From positions 928,001 through 992,000 of the forward strand of contig BK006938.2 of assembly GCA_000146045.2 (NCBI GenBank): a stretch of DNA of 64,000 nucleotides, read 5' to 3'. Positions 18,807 through 30,342 of the stretch are shown piece by piece. Source of the DNA: TPA_inf: Saccharomyces. Its lineage: Eukaryota. Within the stretch, counting starts at the first letter, position 1. The number at the start of each line of letters is the position of its first letter. A program made the translations under genes and the position numbers. The notes below the pieces were generated by a model that ran no database searches, was not told where the DNA came from, and saw only the letters and a program-made list of their open reading frames with translations.

Positions 18807-20456
18807 ATGACTGTGCACTCAACGTGGAAGGAAAAAGTTCAATTAAAAAAAGATCAACTGAACAGTAAGATAAAAGACGAATGGAAATTAAACAGCACAA
18901 CTATAACGAGGTTGAAGAACGATAAAAAAAATTTAATCAAGAATATCGATGATTTATGCTCATCTTCAGAAAATCAGATCACCCACTCCACGATTATGGC
19001 CTTGAGACAGGCACTGGAAGCAAAAGAGTTAAGCTGCCATGAAATAACAGCTGCATTTTGTCATAGGGCTGCTTTAATTCATCAAGTAGTGAATTGTCTA
19101 TCCGAAATCATGTTTTCAGAGGCATTGAGATTGGCTGACTATTACGACAGCAATAGACCAGCCATATTGCCACCCTTGTACGGTATACCGATATCTCTCA
19201 AAGACCAATGTAACGTTGAGGGTGTAGACACCTCACTGGGTTATTTATGTCGAACTTTCAAACCAAAAACCAAGAATGAAGAATCATTGATTGTCAGTTT
19301 TCTGAGAGATTTAGGAGCTATTATATTTGTAAAAACCACCGTACCTTCATCGATGATGGCTACAGATACACAATCTAACACCTTTGGGTACACATATAAT
19401 AGTATTAATTTAAGCTTCTCCAGTGGTGGATCTTCTGGTGGAGAGGGTTCGTTAATTGGTGCTCATGGTTCCTTGCTGGGACTAGGAACTGATATAGGCG
19501 GAAGCATCAGAATTCCTAGTAGTTACCAAGGATTATTTGGTTTGAAACCAACTTTTGGACGCGTCCCTTACTTGAGGGTGGATAATTCATTTGAGGGAAG
19601 GGAAACAATTCCCAGTGTAATTGGGCCGTTGGCAAGAGATCTTTCGGATTTGAGATACTTCATGAGTTGCGTTATCAACATCTGTCAACCATGGGTACAA
19701 GACGTCAAGTGTATTCCATACCATTTTGATTCCTCTACAAGTAAATTACACGATAATTATGTTGTTGGAATATGGTATGGTGACGGCGTTATTGATCCTC
19801 CGCCCAGTGACATCAGGGCTTTAAAGACGTGCGAAGACCTAGTTAATAAAACTAAAGGAATGAAGGCAGTTAAATGGGAGCCTTCCAGTGAACTGAGCAG
19901 GGAATTGTTTGATCTCGCAAATGAAGCAGATGTTGCTGACTCAGGTAACGAGATAAAAAACGAATTCGAAATTTCCGGAGAACCACTCCTAGATATTTTA
20001 AAACCAATGGTTTTGGAAAACGGAAGGCCCCCATATACTGTTAATGAATGGTGGGATTTGACCAAAAGAGTTTATAATGCACAACAATTAATGAGAGATT
20101 ATTACCTTTCTTTCCCGGAATCAGAAAGGCCTGATGTTATCATATCTCCTACAACGCTGATGCCATTTAGGCCTGGTGACATGCTAAAGACAACTTTACG
20201 ATACATTTTACTATTCAACGTTTTAAATTTCCCATCATTATCTATACCTGTAGGTAGTGTCGATTGCCAAATTGATGGGCTAATGGATACCACTTCTGCG
20301 CTCAATCCAGAAGATAAAATGATCAAAACATATTGGAATGATTTAATACAATCTGGTGAGATAGATGGGTTTCCAATAGGCCTACAAGTAGTTAGCCCGA
20401 CTTTCAATGACAATGAAGTTTGTAAATTTGCGTCTTGGCTTTTTAGCAAAATATAG
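18807..20456 (+). CDS. AMD2: Putative amidase (amidase-signature family), 549 aa
   Basis: Contains the AS-family Gly/Ser-rich motif GGSSGGEGSLIGAHGSLLGLGTDIGGSIRIPS; length and position match Amd2. Confidence 0.88.
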   Translation: MTVHSTWKEKVQLKKDQLNSKIKDEWKLNSTTITRLKNDKKNLIKNIDDLCSSSENQITHSTIMALRQALEAKELSCHEITAAFCHRAALIHQVVNCLSEIMFSEALRLADYYDSNRPAILPPLYGIPISLKDQCNVEGVDTSLGYLCRTFKPKTKNEESLIVSFLRDLGAIIFVKTTVPSSMMATDTQSNTFGYTYNSINLSFSSGGSSGGEGSLIGAHGSLLGLGTDIGGSIRIPSSYQGLFGLKPTFGRVPYLRVDNSFEGRETIPSVIGPLARDLSDLRYFMSCVINICQPWVQDVKCIPYHFDSSTSKLHDNYVVGIWYGDGVIDPPPSDIRALKTCEDLVNKTKGMKAVKWEPSSELSRELFDLANEADVADSGNEIKNEFEISGEPLLDILKPMVLENGRPPYTVNEWWDLTKRVYNAQQLMRDYYLSFPESERPDVIISPTTLMPFRPGDMLKTTLRYILLFNVLNFPSLSIPVGSVDCQIDGLMDTTSALNPEDKMIKTYWNDLIQSGEIDGFPIGLQVVSPTFNDNEVCKFASWLFSKI

Positions 20457-20517
20457 ACAATAACTTGAAAGTTGAGATCTTGGGTCCATCAAAAAAAAGA
20501 AAGAAAATAATATAACT

Positions 20518-22284
20518 TTAATATATAATCTCATTACTGAGCTGTTTGCCGACGTTATATTTGTTCTTTACGGCTTCGGAAAAGATATTGCTATTCAAGG
20601 GATCATGTTTCCTGACGTATTTGTAAAGTTCACGTATCAATGATTCATCTTCAGCGGCACTAACAAAGGAGACAGCAGTGCCCTCATTTGCTGCACGACC
20701 TGTTCTACCAATTCTATGGATGTAGTCATCCATTTTTTTGGAAATCTGGAAATTGACTACCAAGGAAACATTAGGGATATCCAATCCTCTTGCGGCAACG
20801 TTTGTTGCGATCATGATTTGGACTTTGTTGGTGCGAAATAATTGCAAAGAATGTTCCCTTTGCTCTTGCGATTTAGAACCATGTAAAATCGTCACCTTCA
20901 TGTTGGTTTCCTTTTGAAACTTTTCTGCTAACCAATCAGCAGTTTGTTTGTAATTGATAAAAATTATTATTGGTGGATCATATTTAGCGACAATTGGCTT
21001 CAACTTTTTGAATTTGTCTTCGTCATTATCTGCATATTCCACAACCTGTTGAATCAAAGGTTCAGAACCCGTCTCAACCCCAATGGTTGCATAAACAGGC
21101 TTTTGCATGTATCCTGCTGCAATTTTTTCTATAACGGGTGTCATTGTAGCGGTAAACATCAGGGTTTGTCTATTCACAGCAGAGTCAGCATTTATATCGA
21201 CTTTAGTTAAAATGTTTGTTACTTGGTCCTCAAAACCTAAATCAATCATTTTGTCAGCTTCATCTAGTACTAATGTCTCCACCTGTTTCATCACAAGTAA
21301 GTGATTTTCTAAAGAGTCAATTAAACGTCCTGGAGTGGCCACCAGGATGTCACAACCCTCCGATAGAGAAAATGAAATTTCCTCCAAGGAGTGTCCACCA
21401 ACAATAGAAATTACTTTGCAGTCATAGTTGCTCTCTTTGGACCATATTTTTGTAACTTTTTGTGTTTCTTTTTGAATTTGCTGCACTAATTCCCTTGTTG
21501 GAGCTAAAATTAACGCTTTGGGGCCATCAATAATCTTCAAAGATGGTGGCCTTGGAGGTGACCTACTCATCTTGATTAGTATCGGTATTACAAAGGCCAA
21601 AGTCTTACCCGAACCTGTAGAGGCAACACCAAGAAAATCTCTATATTGTTTCATATTGCAAACGTTTGGAATAGTAATCCTTTGAATAGGAGTTGGTGAA
21701 GGAAATCGCAGCTCCTGTATAATAACACGTAACAAGTCCCTTGGTATTATATTGAGCTCTTCCCAATTTCTCAATGGATTTTCTACTGTCCCACCTTTTG
21801 TAACAATAGCGTAGTCTTCTTTTAGTATCCTCCAATCTCTCTCATTCATTTCGTGCAAGGACTTCTCAGTCCAATGCTTCCCCATATATGAAGATTCTGC
21901 AGCATTTTTAGGAGTCTTTCCCTTCCATAGCAAATCTATAGCTCTAGTTGAAACGATAGGATCATATCCGCTCAGAGTATCTTCGCTTTCATTCCAAGAA
22001 AAGTGAAATTTAGAGCCATTTTGCTTTGATGGATTTCTCTTCTTATCATTTGTTTCATTGAAAAAACTGTCATCTCTAGAGTTTACCTTTTTAATCTCCA
22101 CCTTAGCGCTATCACTTTGCGTAGGCGTCAAACTCTCTTCGTTCTCCTTCAAACGTTCTTGCTTAGATCTTTCTTGTTTATTCAAAAACCTAGGCTTGCT
22201 GATTTTACCTGATGTATTTTCATCTAGTCCTTTTTTCTTGTTTATACCAGCAATCAGCTGACTAACATCGATTGGTCTTGCCAT
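20518..22284 (-). CDS. PRP28: DEAD-box RNA helicase, U5 snRNP splicing factor, 588 aa
   Basis: Motifs ASTGSGKT, PTRELV, DEAD, FTAT, HRIGRTGRAG present; recognised as Prp28. Confidence 0.9.
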   Translation of the reverse strand: MARPIDVSQLIAGINKKKGLDENTSGKISKPRFLNKQERSKQERLKENEESLTPTQSDSAKVEIKKVNSRDDSFFNETNDKKRNPSKQNGSKFHFSWNESEDTLSGYDPIVSTRAIDLLWKGKTPKNAAESSYMGKHWTEKSLHEMNERDWRILKEDYAIVTKGGTVENPLRNWEELNIIPRDLLRVIIQELRFPSPTPIQRITIPNVCNMKQYRDFLGVASTGSGKTLAFVIPILIKMSRSPPRPPSLKIIDGPKALILAPTRELVQQIQKETQKVTKIWSKESNYDCKVISIVGGHSLEEISFSLSEGCDILVATPGRLIDSLENHLLVMKQVETLVLDEADKMIDLGFEDQVTNILTKVDINADSAVNRQTLMFTATMTPVIEKIAAGYMQKPVYATIGVETGSEPLIQQVVEYADNDEDKFKKLKPIVAKYDPPIIIFINYKQTADWLAEKFQKETNMKVTILHGSKSQEQREHSLQLFRTNKVQIMIATNVAARGLDIPNVSLVVNFQISKKMDDYIHRIGRTGRAANEGTAVSFVSAAEDESLIRELYKYVRKHDPLNSNIFSEAVKNKYNVGKQLSNEIIY

Positions 22285-22562
22285 CCGTCCTGTATGTTAA
22301 TTCTTCGGCTCCTATTGACCTTTTCGTTGTCAAAAATTCTATTGTCGTTGGTAATTCTCTCGATTGTAAGCTTCGAATATGTAAAAACGGATCATCGCGA
22401 TTAACTCCGAATTCCTCCGACAAGTCGGTACCCTCTTCCGGCGGAGAATATATATGAACAAAATTAAGCATAAGAAAGGTTTCTGATTAATATTGATTCA
22501 CCAAACAGTTTTAGTTCCTATTTTTGGATATATATACATCAATAAACAATATATCATAACAC

Positions 22563-24401
22563 ATGGACGTAGGAAGTTGCTCAGTGGGAAATAATCCGCT
22601 TGCGCAGTTGCACAAACATACTCAGCAGAACAAATCGCTTCAGTTTAATCAGAAGAATAATGGGCGTCTTAATGAGTCACCTCTACAGGGTACCAACAAG
22701 CCAGGTATTAGTGAGGCTTTTATATCCAATGTTAATGCTATTTCACAAGAAAACATGGCGAATATGCAAAGGTTCATAAACGGAGAACCACTGATCGATG
22801 ATAAAAGAAGAATGGAAATAGGGCCATCCTCAGGCAGGCTTCCACCTTTTTCAAACGTACATTCTCTACAGACTTCAGCAAACCCAACCCAAATTAAGGG
22901 AGTGAACGATATATCTCATTGGTCACAGGAATTTCAAGGTAGTAATAGTATTCAAAATAGAAACGCGGATACAGGAAATTCAGAAAAGGCATGGCAGCGT
23001 GGCTCAACAACCGCATCAAGCCGGTTTCAGTACCCTAATACCATGATGAATAACTATGCTTATGCTTCTATGAACAGTCTTAGTGGATCAAGGCTCCAAT
23101 CGCCTGCTTTCATGAATCAACAACAGTCTGGTCGTTCTAAAGAAGGAGTCAATGAGCAAGAACAACAACCCTGGACAGATCAGTTTGAAAAGCTGGAAAA
23201 AGAAGTCTCAGAAAACTTGGACATAAATGATGAAATAGAGAAGGAGGAAAATGTGAGTGAAGTAGAACAAAACAAACCAGAAACTGTTGAGAAGGAAGAA
23301 GGAGTATATGGAGATCAGTATCAATCTGATTTCCAAGAAGTGTGGGATAGCATACACAAGGACGCTGAAGAAGTCTTGCCATCCGAATTAGTTAATGATG
23401 ACCTCAATCTAGGAGAAGACTACTTGAAATATCTCGGCGGTAGAGTAAATGGGAACATCGAGTATGCTTTTCAATCTAACAACGAATATTTTAATAATCC
23501 TAATGCTTATAAAATTGGCTGCCTACTGATGGAAAACGGAGCCAAATTGAGCGAGGCAGCGCTAGCATTTGAAGCTGCTGTTAAAGAAAAACCGGACCAT
23601 GTGGATGCATGGCTAAGATTGGGTCTAGTACAAACCCAGAATGAAAAAGAGTTGAACGGCATAAGCGCCCTCGAAGAATGTTTAAAGTTAGACCCAAAGA
23701 ATCTGGAGGCAATGAAAACTTTAGCGATAAGTTATATAAACGAAGGTTATGATATGAGCGCCTTCACAATGCTGGATAAATGGGCAGAAACTAAGTACCC
23801 GGAAATTTGGTCAAGGATCAAGCAACAAGATGACAAATTTCAAAAAGAGAAAGGGTTTACCCATATTGATATGAACGCTCATATCACAAAGCAATTTTTG
23901 CAACTAGCAAACAATTTAAGCACAATAGATCCTGAAATACAACTATGCTTGGGTCTCTTATTTTACACGAAAGATGATTTTGACAAAACCATAGATTGCT
24001 TTGAAAGTGCGTTGAGGGTGAATCCTAATGACGAACTCATGTGGAATAGATTAGGGGCTTCATTGGCCAATTCCAATAGATCAGAGGAAGCAATCCAAGC
24101 CTATCATAGGGCACTACAACTAAAACCTTCTTTTGTTAGAGCTCGCTATAATCTGGCGGTATCATCCATGAATATAGGCTGTTTCAAAGAAGCAGCAGGC
24201 TACTTATTAAGTGTTCTAAGTATGCATGAAGTGAACACTAATAATAAAAAAGGAGACGTTGGATCTCTCTTGAATACGTACAATGATACTGTTATAGAGA
24301 CTTTGAAGAGAGTTTTTATAGCGATGAATAGAGATGATTTACTTCAAGAAGTGAAGCCAGGCATGGACCTGAAAAGATTTAAAGGAGAATTTTCGTTTTG
24401 A
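22563..24401 (+). CDS. PEX5: Peroxisomal PTS1 import receptor, TPR protein, 612 aa
   Basis: N-terminal MDVGSCSVGNNPLAQLHKH..., C-terminal TPR repeats; recognised as Pex5. Confidence 0.9.
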   Translation: MDVGSCSVGNNPLAQLHKHTQQNKSLQFNQKNNGRLNESPLQGTNKPGISEAFISNVNAISQENMANMQRFINGEPLIDDKRRMEIGPSSGRLPPFSNVHSLQTSANPTQIKGVNDISHWSQEFQGSNSIQNRNADTGNSEKAWQRGSTTASSRFQYPNTMMNNYAYASMNSLSGSRLQSPAFMNQQQSGRSKEGVNEQEQQPWTDQFEKLEKEVSENLDINDEIEKEENVSEVEQNKPETVEKEEGVYGDQYQSDFQEVWDSIHKDAEEVLPSELVNDDLNLGEDYLKYLGGRVNGNIEYAFQSNNEYFNNPNAYKIGCLLMENGAKLSEAALAFEAAVKEKPDHVDAWLRLGLVQTQNEKELNGISALEECLKLDPKNLEAMKTLAISYINEGYDMSAFTMLDKWAETKYPEIWSRIKQQDDKFQKEKGFTHIDMNAHITKQFLQLANNLSTIDPEIQLCLGLLFYTKDDFDKTIDCFESALRVNPNDELMWNRLGASLANSNRSEEAIQAYHRALQLKPSFVRARYNLAVSSMNIGCFKEAAGYLLSVLSMHEVNTNNKKGDVGSLLNTYNDTVIETLKRVFIAMNRDDLLQEVKPGMDLKRFKGEFSF

Positions 24402-24799
24402 TATGGTTCTCCGCAATTTTATGTTCTCGCATCACTGCCCAAATTCATTAGCATTAGCAGTACAAGCTATCCTATATATAAGGCAATAAAAAATCTTATA
24501 AATACTATCAGCAAGATTTCAACCTTGGAAAACATGCATTCAAAGGTCATAATTGCTGCTCTATTTACAGTCGTCCATAATGACATTTCTCTTTGATTAT
24601 TTTCTTGTTTTTTCGCTCTTCTCAAGTGGATGTTACATAACAAACAAAACAGAAAAAATTGTTTAAATATAAAGTTTAAAAGTTATCTTTGATTCCGCAC
24701 CTGAATTTTTGGATTGAAGGCCAAAGGAGGTTTATCAGGGAGAGAAAAGCTCTCTATTTATTTTTATAAGGAATAATTGTGCATGTACAACTATACAAT

Positions 24800-25981
24800 A
24801 TGTCTAGTGTACCTTATAATTCCCAACTTCCTATATCCAACCATCTAGAGTACGATGAAGATGAAAAGAAGAGCAGAGGCTCAAAACTAGGCCTGAAATA
24901 TAAAATGATATACTGGAGGAAAACTTTATGCAGTTCGCTAGCGAGATGGAGAAAGCTAATACTATTAATATCTTTAGCTTTGTTTTTATTCATATGGATA
25001 AGCGATTCCACCATAAGCAGAAATCCATCTACCACAAGTTTTCAAGGCCAAAATAGTAACGATAATAAGTTGAGTAATACTGGTTCTAGCATCAACTCCA
25101 AAAGATATGTACCACCATATTCTAAGAGATCAAGATGGTCGTTTTGGAATCAAGATCCTAGGATTGTCATTATATTAGCGGCAAACGAAGGTGGTGGTGT
25201 ATTGAGGTGGAAAAATGAGCAAGAATGGGCTATCGAAGGCATATCAATAGAAAATAAGAAGGCCTATGCGAAGAGACATGGATATGCGTTGACTATCAAG
25301 GATTTGACAACGTCCAAAAGATACTCTCACGAATACAGAGAGGGTTGGCAAAAAGTAGATATATTGAGACAGACGTTCAGGGAGTTTCCTAATGCAGAAT
25401 GGTTCTGGTGGTTGGACCTGGATACTATGATAATGGAGCCTTCTAAATCATTAGAAGAACATATTTTCGACAGATTGGAAACTCTGGCTGACAGAGAATT
25501 GAAAAGTTTTAATCCCCTAAACCTAAGAGACGACATACCCTATGTCGATTATTCAGAGGAAATGGAGTTTCTAATAACACAAGATTGTGGAGGCTTCAAT
25601 TTGGGCTCATTTCTGATAAAAAATAGCGAATGGTCTAAGCTGCTTCTAGATATGTGGTGGGACCCCGTTCTGTATGAACAAAAACATATGGTTTGGGAAC
25701 ATAGAGAACAAGATGCGTTAGAGGCATTATATGAAAACGAACCGTGGATTCGTTCGAGAATAGGATTTTTGCCCTTAAGAACGATCAATGCATTCCCACC
25801 GGGAGCATGCTCTGAATACAGTGGTGACTCAAGATACTTTTACAGTGAGAAAGACCATGATTTTGTTGTGAATATGGCCGGATGCAATTTTGGCAGAGAT
25901 TGCTGGGGCGAGATGCAGTACTACACCACTTTAATGGAAAAACTGAATAGGAAATGGTACACGAGATTTTTCTTCCCATAA
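24800..25981 (+). CDS. MNN10: Golgi alpha-1,6-mannosyltransferase subunit (GT34), 393 aa from second Met
   Basis: MSSVPYNSQLPISNHLEYDEDEKK..., type II membrane topology (TM LILLISLALFLFIWI), DxD-like LDLDTM; ORF track begins 7 codons upstream at 24779. Confidence 0.88.
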   Translation: MSSVPYNSQLPISNHLEYDEDEKKSRGSKLGLKYKMIYWRKTLCSSLARWRKLILLISLALFLFIWISDSTISRNPSTTSFQGQNSNDNKLSNTGSSINSKRYVPPYSKRSRWSFWNQDPRIVIILAANEGGGVLRWKNEQEWAIEGISIENKKAYAKRHGYALTIKDLTTSKRYSHEYREGWQKVDILRQTFREFPNAEWFWWLDLDTMIMEPSKSLEEHIFDRLETLADRELKSFNPLNLRDDIPYVDYSEEMEFLITQDCGGFNLGSFLIKNSEWSKLLLDMWWDPVLYEQKHMVWEHREQDALEALYENEPWIRSRIGFLPLRTINAFPPGACSEYSGDSRYFYSEKDHDFVVNMAGCNFGRDCWGEMQYYTTLMEKLNRKWYTRFFFP

Positions 25982-26287
25982 AATGGAAGTTATCAATATT
26001 GTAAAGAGAAGCATTTACAAGCTTTTATTTTTCTTTTTAATTTCCACTACTGGTTCTGCTTTAAAATGTTGTTTTATAATTTATGTACATTTAGGCCTAT
26101 AGAAGATTCTTTCAATAATATGCTACACATTCTTTTATTTTTCCATCATATGTTGGAGTTTATGCCTCCTCGGCAGGAGTTGGGCGGTGCGAAGAGAAGA
26201 AAAAGAGTGAAACTAAAAAAAGGAATCTGCCTTTGCATAAGTTCAAAAGTGCAATTTTAGTGTTGGATTTAAACGGGAAAAATTGAA

Positions 26288-26947
26288 ATGGCCATCGAAA
26301 CAATACTTGTAATAAACAAATCAGGCGGACTAATCTATCAGCGGAATTTTACCAACGACGAACAGAAATTGAACAGCAATGAATACTTAATTCTTGCTAG
26401 TACACTGCACGGTGTATTCGCCATCGCGAGCCAGCTGACTCCGAAGGCATTACAGCTAACTCAACAAACGAACATCGAAAATACCATCCCATATATACCT
26501 TACGTGGGCATGTCCAGCAATAGGAGCGATACAAGAAATGGAGGTGGCAATAACAACAAACACACTAATAATGAAAAACTGGGCAGTTTTAAAGGAGATG
26601 ATTTTTTCAAAGAACCATTTACGAACTGGAACAAGAGCGGATTGAGACAACTATGCACGGATCAGTTCACGATGTTCATATATCAGACCCTAACCGGCCT
26701 GAAGTTTGTCGCTATCAGCTCCAGCGTCATGCCCCAGAGACAGCCAACTATAGCCACCACCGACAAGCCTGACCGACCCAAGAGTACATCCAATTTGGCC
26801 ATCCAAATAGCCGACAACTTCCTAAGGAAGGTTTACTGTTTGTATAGTGACTACGTCATGAAAGACCCATCTTACTCAATGGAAATGCCTATAAGATCTA
26901 ACCTGTTCGACGAAAAAGTCAAAAAAATGGTAGAAAACCTACAATAG
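26288..26947 (+). CDS. TRS23: TRAPP complex subunit (sedlin/longin-like), 219 aa
   Basis: [21 protein letters not shown]... recognised as Trs23. Confidence 0.88.
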
Positions 26948-27132
26948 ACGCACGCGCCATCGGAAGATAAACGCATTCACACCAAGAAAATAAATACTAC
27001 GTACTTCTAGAACTAAGAAGAAGTTGCCGCTCTCCGTCTCCTCCTTCATAAATAGGGATAGCTTTTACTACTACGTACGAAAAAAGACCACACTGCGACG
27101 GATCCTCTGCATCCCAACACCAGCGATAGAAA

Positions 27133-27333
27133 ATGCGCCGCCTATATCGTCATCTTGCTTCCTTTTTCTTACTCCCTTCCTGCCCTGGAAACACCATACA
27201 ATCCATCACATCATATCCTGCCAATGCACTATTACGCAGCTTTCGGCACGTGAGTACGGAAACACCAGTTCGGAACCGGGTACACAATAGGGATAGTCAA
27301 AGCTGTCCATTTTTTCCGCTGATGGATGACTGA
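27133..27333 (+). CDS. Small ORF of 66 aa in the TRS23-VHS1 intergenic region; possibly the annotated small gene at this position
   Basis: Only ORF of this size between TRS23 and VHS1; I recall a short annotated ORF (YDR246W-A) here but cannot verify its sequence. Confidence 0.3.
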   Translation: MRRLYRHLASFFLLPSCPGNTIQSITSYPANALLRSFRHVSTETPVRNRVHNRDSQSCPFFPLMDD

Positions 27334-28012
27334 TACCAAAGTGTAACCCAAAAGGGGTAGTCGATCCTACTTTTACCAGTTACGTTAAAGGGACCAAAAC
27401 GTGGGGAAGGGATGCCGCCACCACCACCGCCACTACCCCCGCCAACATGGCCTAACTTAGCAGTCCTCGCTTGTGTATCTAGGTCCGCGTCCGCTAATTC
27501 GCGCGGCTTGCCACTTAACCCCGTCCAGTTAATTTGCCAAGCAGCGGCCGCACGTTGGAACGTTTTCGCCGATTTATTTATTATTATTTATACATGTTGA
27601 CGTTGGTGCCCTTTTGTTTATACTGGAGCCTAAAACGTACCTCAATTAAATTTAGTGTGCCATATTATAGTGCTATTAAACCTTTATTTTTATTTTTAAT
27701 TTTAAAACTGCTTTGGTTCTCTCCCTCCCTTACCGTTGCCACCTTAAGACTCACTGATATTTATTCATACTTACAAGTGCTATAAGAAAAGACTTGATTT
27801 ATTAGCTTTACAGCGTTTTTACATTTGTGTCACTGCTATTATATTTTTGTTTACCTCTTTTTGTTGCTGGTGTTGGCGCTACCATTGTTTTTTTGTTTTA
27901 TGAGTTACGTTTACAAAAGTTCTTAACATTTACTGTACGATAATATACTAAGGTGAAATACTAAAGTAAAATAAAATAAGAGAAAGAAAAAAAAAAAAAA
28001 AAGAAAAAAGTA

Positions 28013-29398
28013 ATGATGATGTTCCATAATTGCAGAATTAATAACTACTTAATAACTTCTCAAATTGGCGAAGGCGCGTACGGTCTGGTTTACCGTGCCT
28101 TAGATATTCGTACCGATAGACAATACGCTATCAAAGCGGTTGTTCAAAGTTACGGTGTTAGCAAGGAGGCTGATATGGGCAATGATAAAATACACAAAAA
28201 TAGCGTGAAATTGCAAAAGAAGCTCGCTAAACTGTTCAAGGAATCGAAAAACGTTGTCAGGGTGCCCTCTATAGATCTAGAATCAATTGAGAATATGTCA
28301 GAAGAAGATTTTAAAAAGCTGCCCCATTATAAAGAGATTTCGCTACACCTAAGAGTCCACCATCATAAGAACATTGTCACCATACATGAGGTGCTACAAT
28401 CTGCAGTCTGCACGTTCATTGTCATGGATTATTACCCAACAGACCTATTCACGTCTATTGTAGATAACAGACATTTTGTCACTAATGGACTGCTAGTAAA
28501 AAAGGTTTTTCTACAGATCTGTTCTGCTCTTAATTATTGCCATGAGCACGGCATCTACCACTGTGACATCAAGCCTGAAAACTTGCTACTGGATACAGAA
28601 GATAACGTTTTCCTATGCGATTTTGGTCTATCCACTACTTCCACATATATAAAGCCAAATGTTTGCATTGGTAGCTCGTATTATATGCCCCCTGAAAGAA
28701 TCTCATTTGATGGGAGAGTTTCCAGCTCTAAAAGTGGGGGACATAAGTTGGGTAAGGTTTGTCCCTCATGTAATGGCGATTTGTGGTCATTAGGTATCAT
28801 CCTTATCAATTTGACATGCATCAGAAATCCCTGGCTGAAGGCTGACAAAACCGAGGATAATACCTACTATTATTTCACTAAGGATCCCAATATACTAAAG
28901 CAAATCCTACCGCTTTCCGATGACTTTTACTCATTATTATCTAAGATTTTACAAGTGAATCCGAAGAATAGAATGAGCTTGCAAGAGTTGATGAAAGAAG
29001 TTAGTTCTATTACAAGCTTCACCAATGAAGGCCCGTTATCAAAAGTGCCGCCTCTTTCCAAGTCTGTTTATGAAAAGTTCGTTAGCCCCGTCGATAACAC
29101 GAATGAGAATTTGTCTCCAAAATCCTACGTGTACATGCACGATAGTAAAGCTGCCAAGAATTTATCTTATACATCTTCAAGTGAGGAAGAAGATGGAATC
29201 AAAGAAGGGATAGACGATGATAATGGCAGTCGCAGTGGCAGTTTCGGAACGCTAGACACAGACACTGGATTGCATTCTTCGTTCACAAGCACTTCTTGCG
29301 AGTCCGATAACGAATGTTCTAAGATTTCCAACAAATTTTCCTTGTTCGAAAAAAAATTCAACGAACTTCGCATGAGTTCCTCTTCTTTAACTAACTAA
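28013..29398 (+). CDS. VHS1: Ser/Thr protein kinase, 461 aa
   Basis: Kinase subdomains GEGAYGLV, AIK, HCDIKPENLLLD, DFGLS; acidic S-rich tail; recognised as Vhs1. Confidence 0.88.
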   Translation: MMMFHNCRINNYLITSQIGEGAYGLVYRALDIRTDRQYAIKAVVQSYGVSKEADMGNDKIHKNSVKLQKKLAKLFKESKNVVRVPSIDLESIENMSEEDFKKLPHYKEISLHLRVHHHKNIVTIHEVLQSAVCTFIVMDYYPTDLFTSIVDNRHFVTNGLLVKKVFLQICSALNYCHEHGIYHCDIKPENLLLDTEDNVFLCDFGLSTTSTYIKPNVCIGSSYYMPPERISFDGRVSSSKSGGHKLGKVCPSCNGDLWSLGIILINLTCIRNPWLKADKTEDNTYYYFTKDPNILKQILPLSDDFYSLLSKILQVNPKNRMSLQELMKEVSSITSFTNEGPLSKVPPLSKSVYEKFVSPVDNTNENLSPKSYVYMHDSKAAKNLSYTSSSEEEDGIKEGIDDDNGSRSGSFGTLDTDTGLHSSFTSTSCESDNECSKISNKFSLFEKKFNELRMSSSSLTN

Positions 29399-29757
29399 CC
29401 CCCTCCTTTTTGGCACAAAAGTGTACTACACATCTGTTTTAAGCCCACAATTGATAGACCTTCTCTTGATGATCATCTGTTTTCCCGAAAATATTACTTG
29501 CCAAAGCAAGTTGTAGTTATATTCACACTTCCGTTATGACCCCCTCATCCGTTTAATGTTATTTGTTTTTATGGTATTCCCTTTATTCATTTTTTTTCTT
29601 GCTTTTTTTTGTTGATCCCTGTAACCCCTTTTTTTTTTTTGGAAGTTGCTATTATTATTCATTCACATTTGTTCTGTCTTTGTTAATTTTCCAGGTCACC
29701 GTATTTAATTTCTATATAACTGTTTCTAATATTTACTTCGTTTTATCCAAGCGTTAT

Positions 29758-30342
29758 TTACTCAATATTCAAAACTTTACTTTTTACCACCTGTATAACA
29801 TCTTTTTCAATTTGATAAAACGTTTTGAAATCTAAGGGAACAATGTCACAGTCAGTTTCGTCGTTGATGTCTGGTAACTCCAGATCCCTGAATTGAGACT
29901 CCATCATATCAGCTTTCATGAAATGACCCTTCCTTGTTTTGAGCCTTTTCAGAACTTCTATTTTACTTGCATACAAAAAGATAAAATGGAACTCCGATTC
30001 AGGGCATGTGTGCCTAATCAAATCTCTGTATTTCTTCTTCAAGCTCGAGCAAGCAACAATTGACAAATGCTCCTTAGTGCTTGCTGCAGCTTTTGTAGAT
30101 TCTACGGCAACTTTTTTCAACCAGTCCCAACGGTCGTCGTCATTTAATGGAATCCCTCTTGTCATCTTTTCTACGTTGGCAGGCGGGTGTAAATCATCAC
30201 CTTCGATGAATTTCAAATCCGGGTATATATCTTTAAATTCATGGATTAGTTCACCTGCAATGGTTGATTTTCCTGTACCTGCAGTACCTGCCAATACAAT
30301 AACCTTAAATTTCCCCATAGTTTTGTGTTTCTCTGTCATCAA
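29758..30342 (-). CDS. YDR248C: Putative gluconokinase (GntK/shikimate-kinase-like P-loop), 193-194 aa
   Basis: P-loop GTAGTGKST near the N-terminus; small NMP-kinase fold size; position matches YDR248C. Confidence 0.8.
   Translation of the reverse strand: MMTEKHKTMGKFKVIVLAGTAGTGKSTIAGELIHEFKDIYPDLKFIEGDDLHPPANVEKMTRGIPLNDDDRWDWLKKVAVESTKAAASTKEHLSIVACSSLKKKYRDLIRHTCPESEFHFIFLYASKIEVLKRLKTRKGHFMKADMMESQFRDLELPDINDETDCDIVPLDFKTFYQIEKDVIQVVKSKVLNIE

Noticed and set aside
27412-27600. ORF starting MPPPPPPLPPPTWPNL
   Set aside because: Arises from a CCG/CCA-rich tract in a GC-rich promoter block; no start context or domain; likely non-coding.
29563-29835. 90-aa ORF MFLWYSLYSFFFLLFF... in the VHS1/YDR248C convergent 3' region
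   Set aside because: Poly-T/pyrimidine-driven phenylalanine/leucine-rich reading of terminator DNA; overlaps the YDR248C 3' end.
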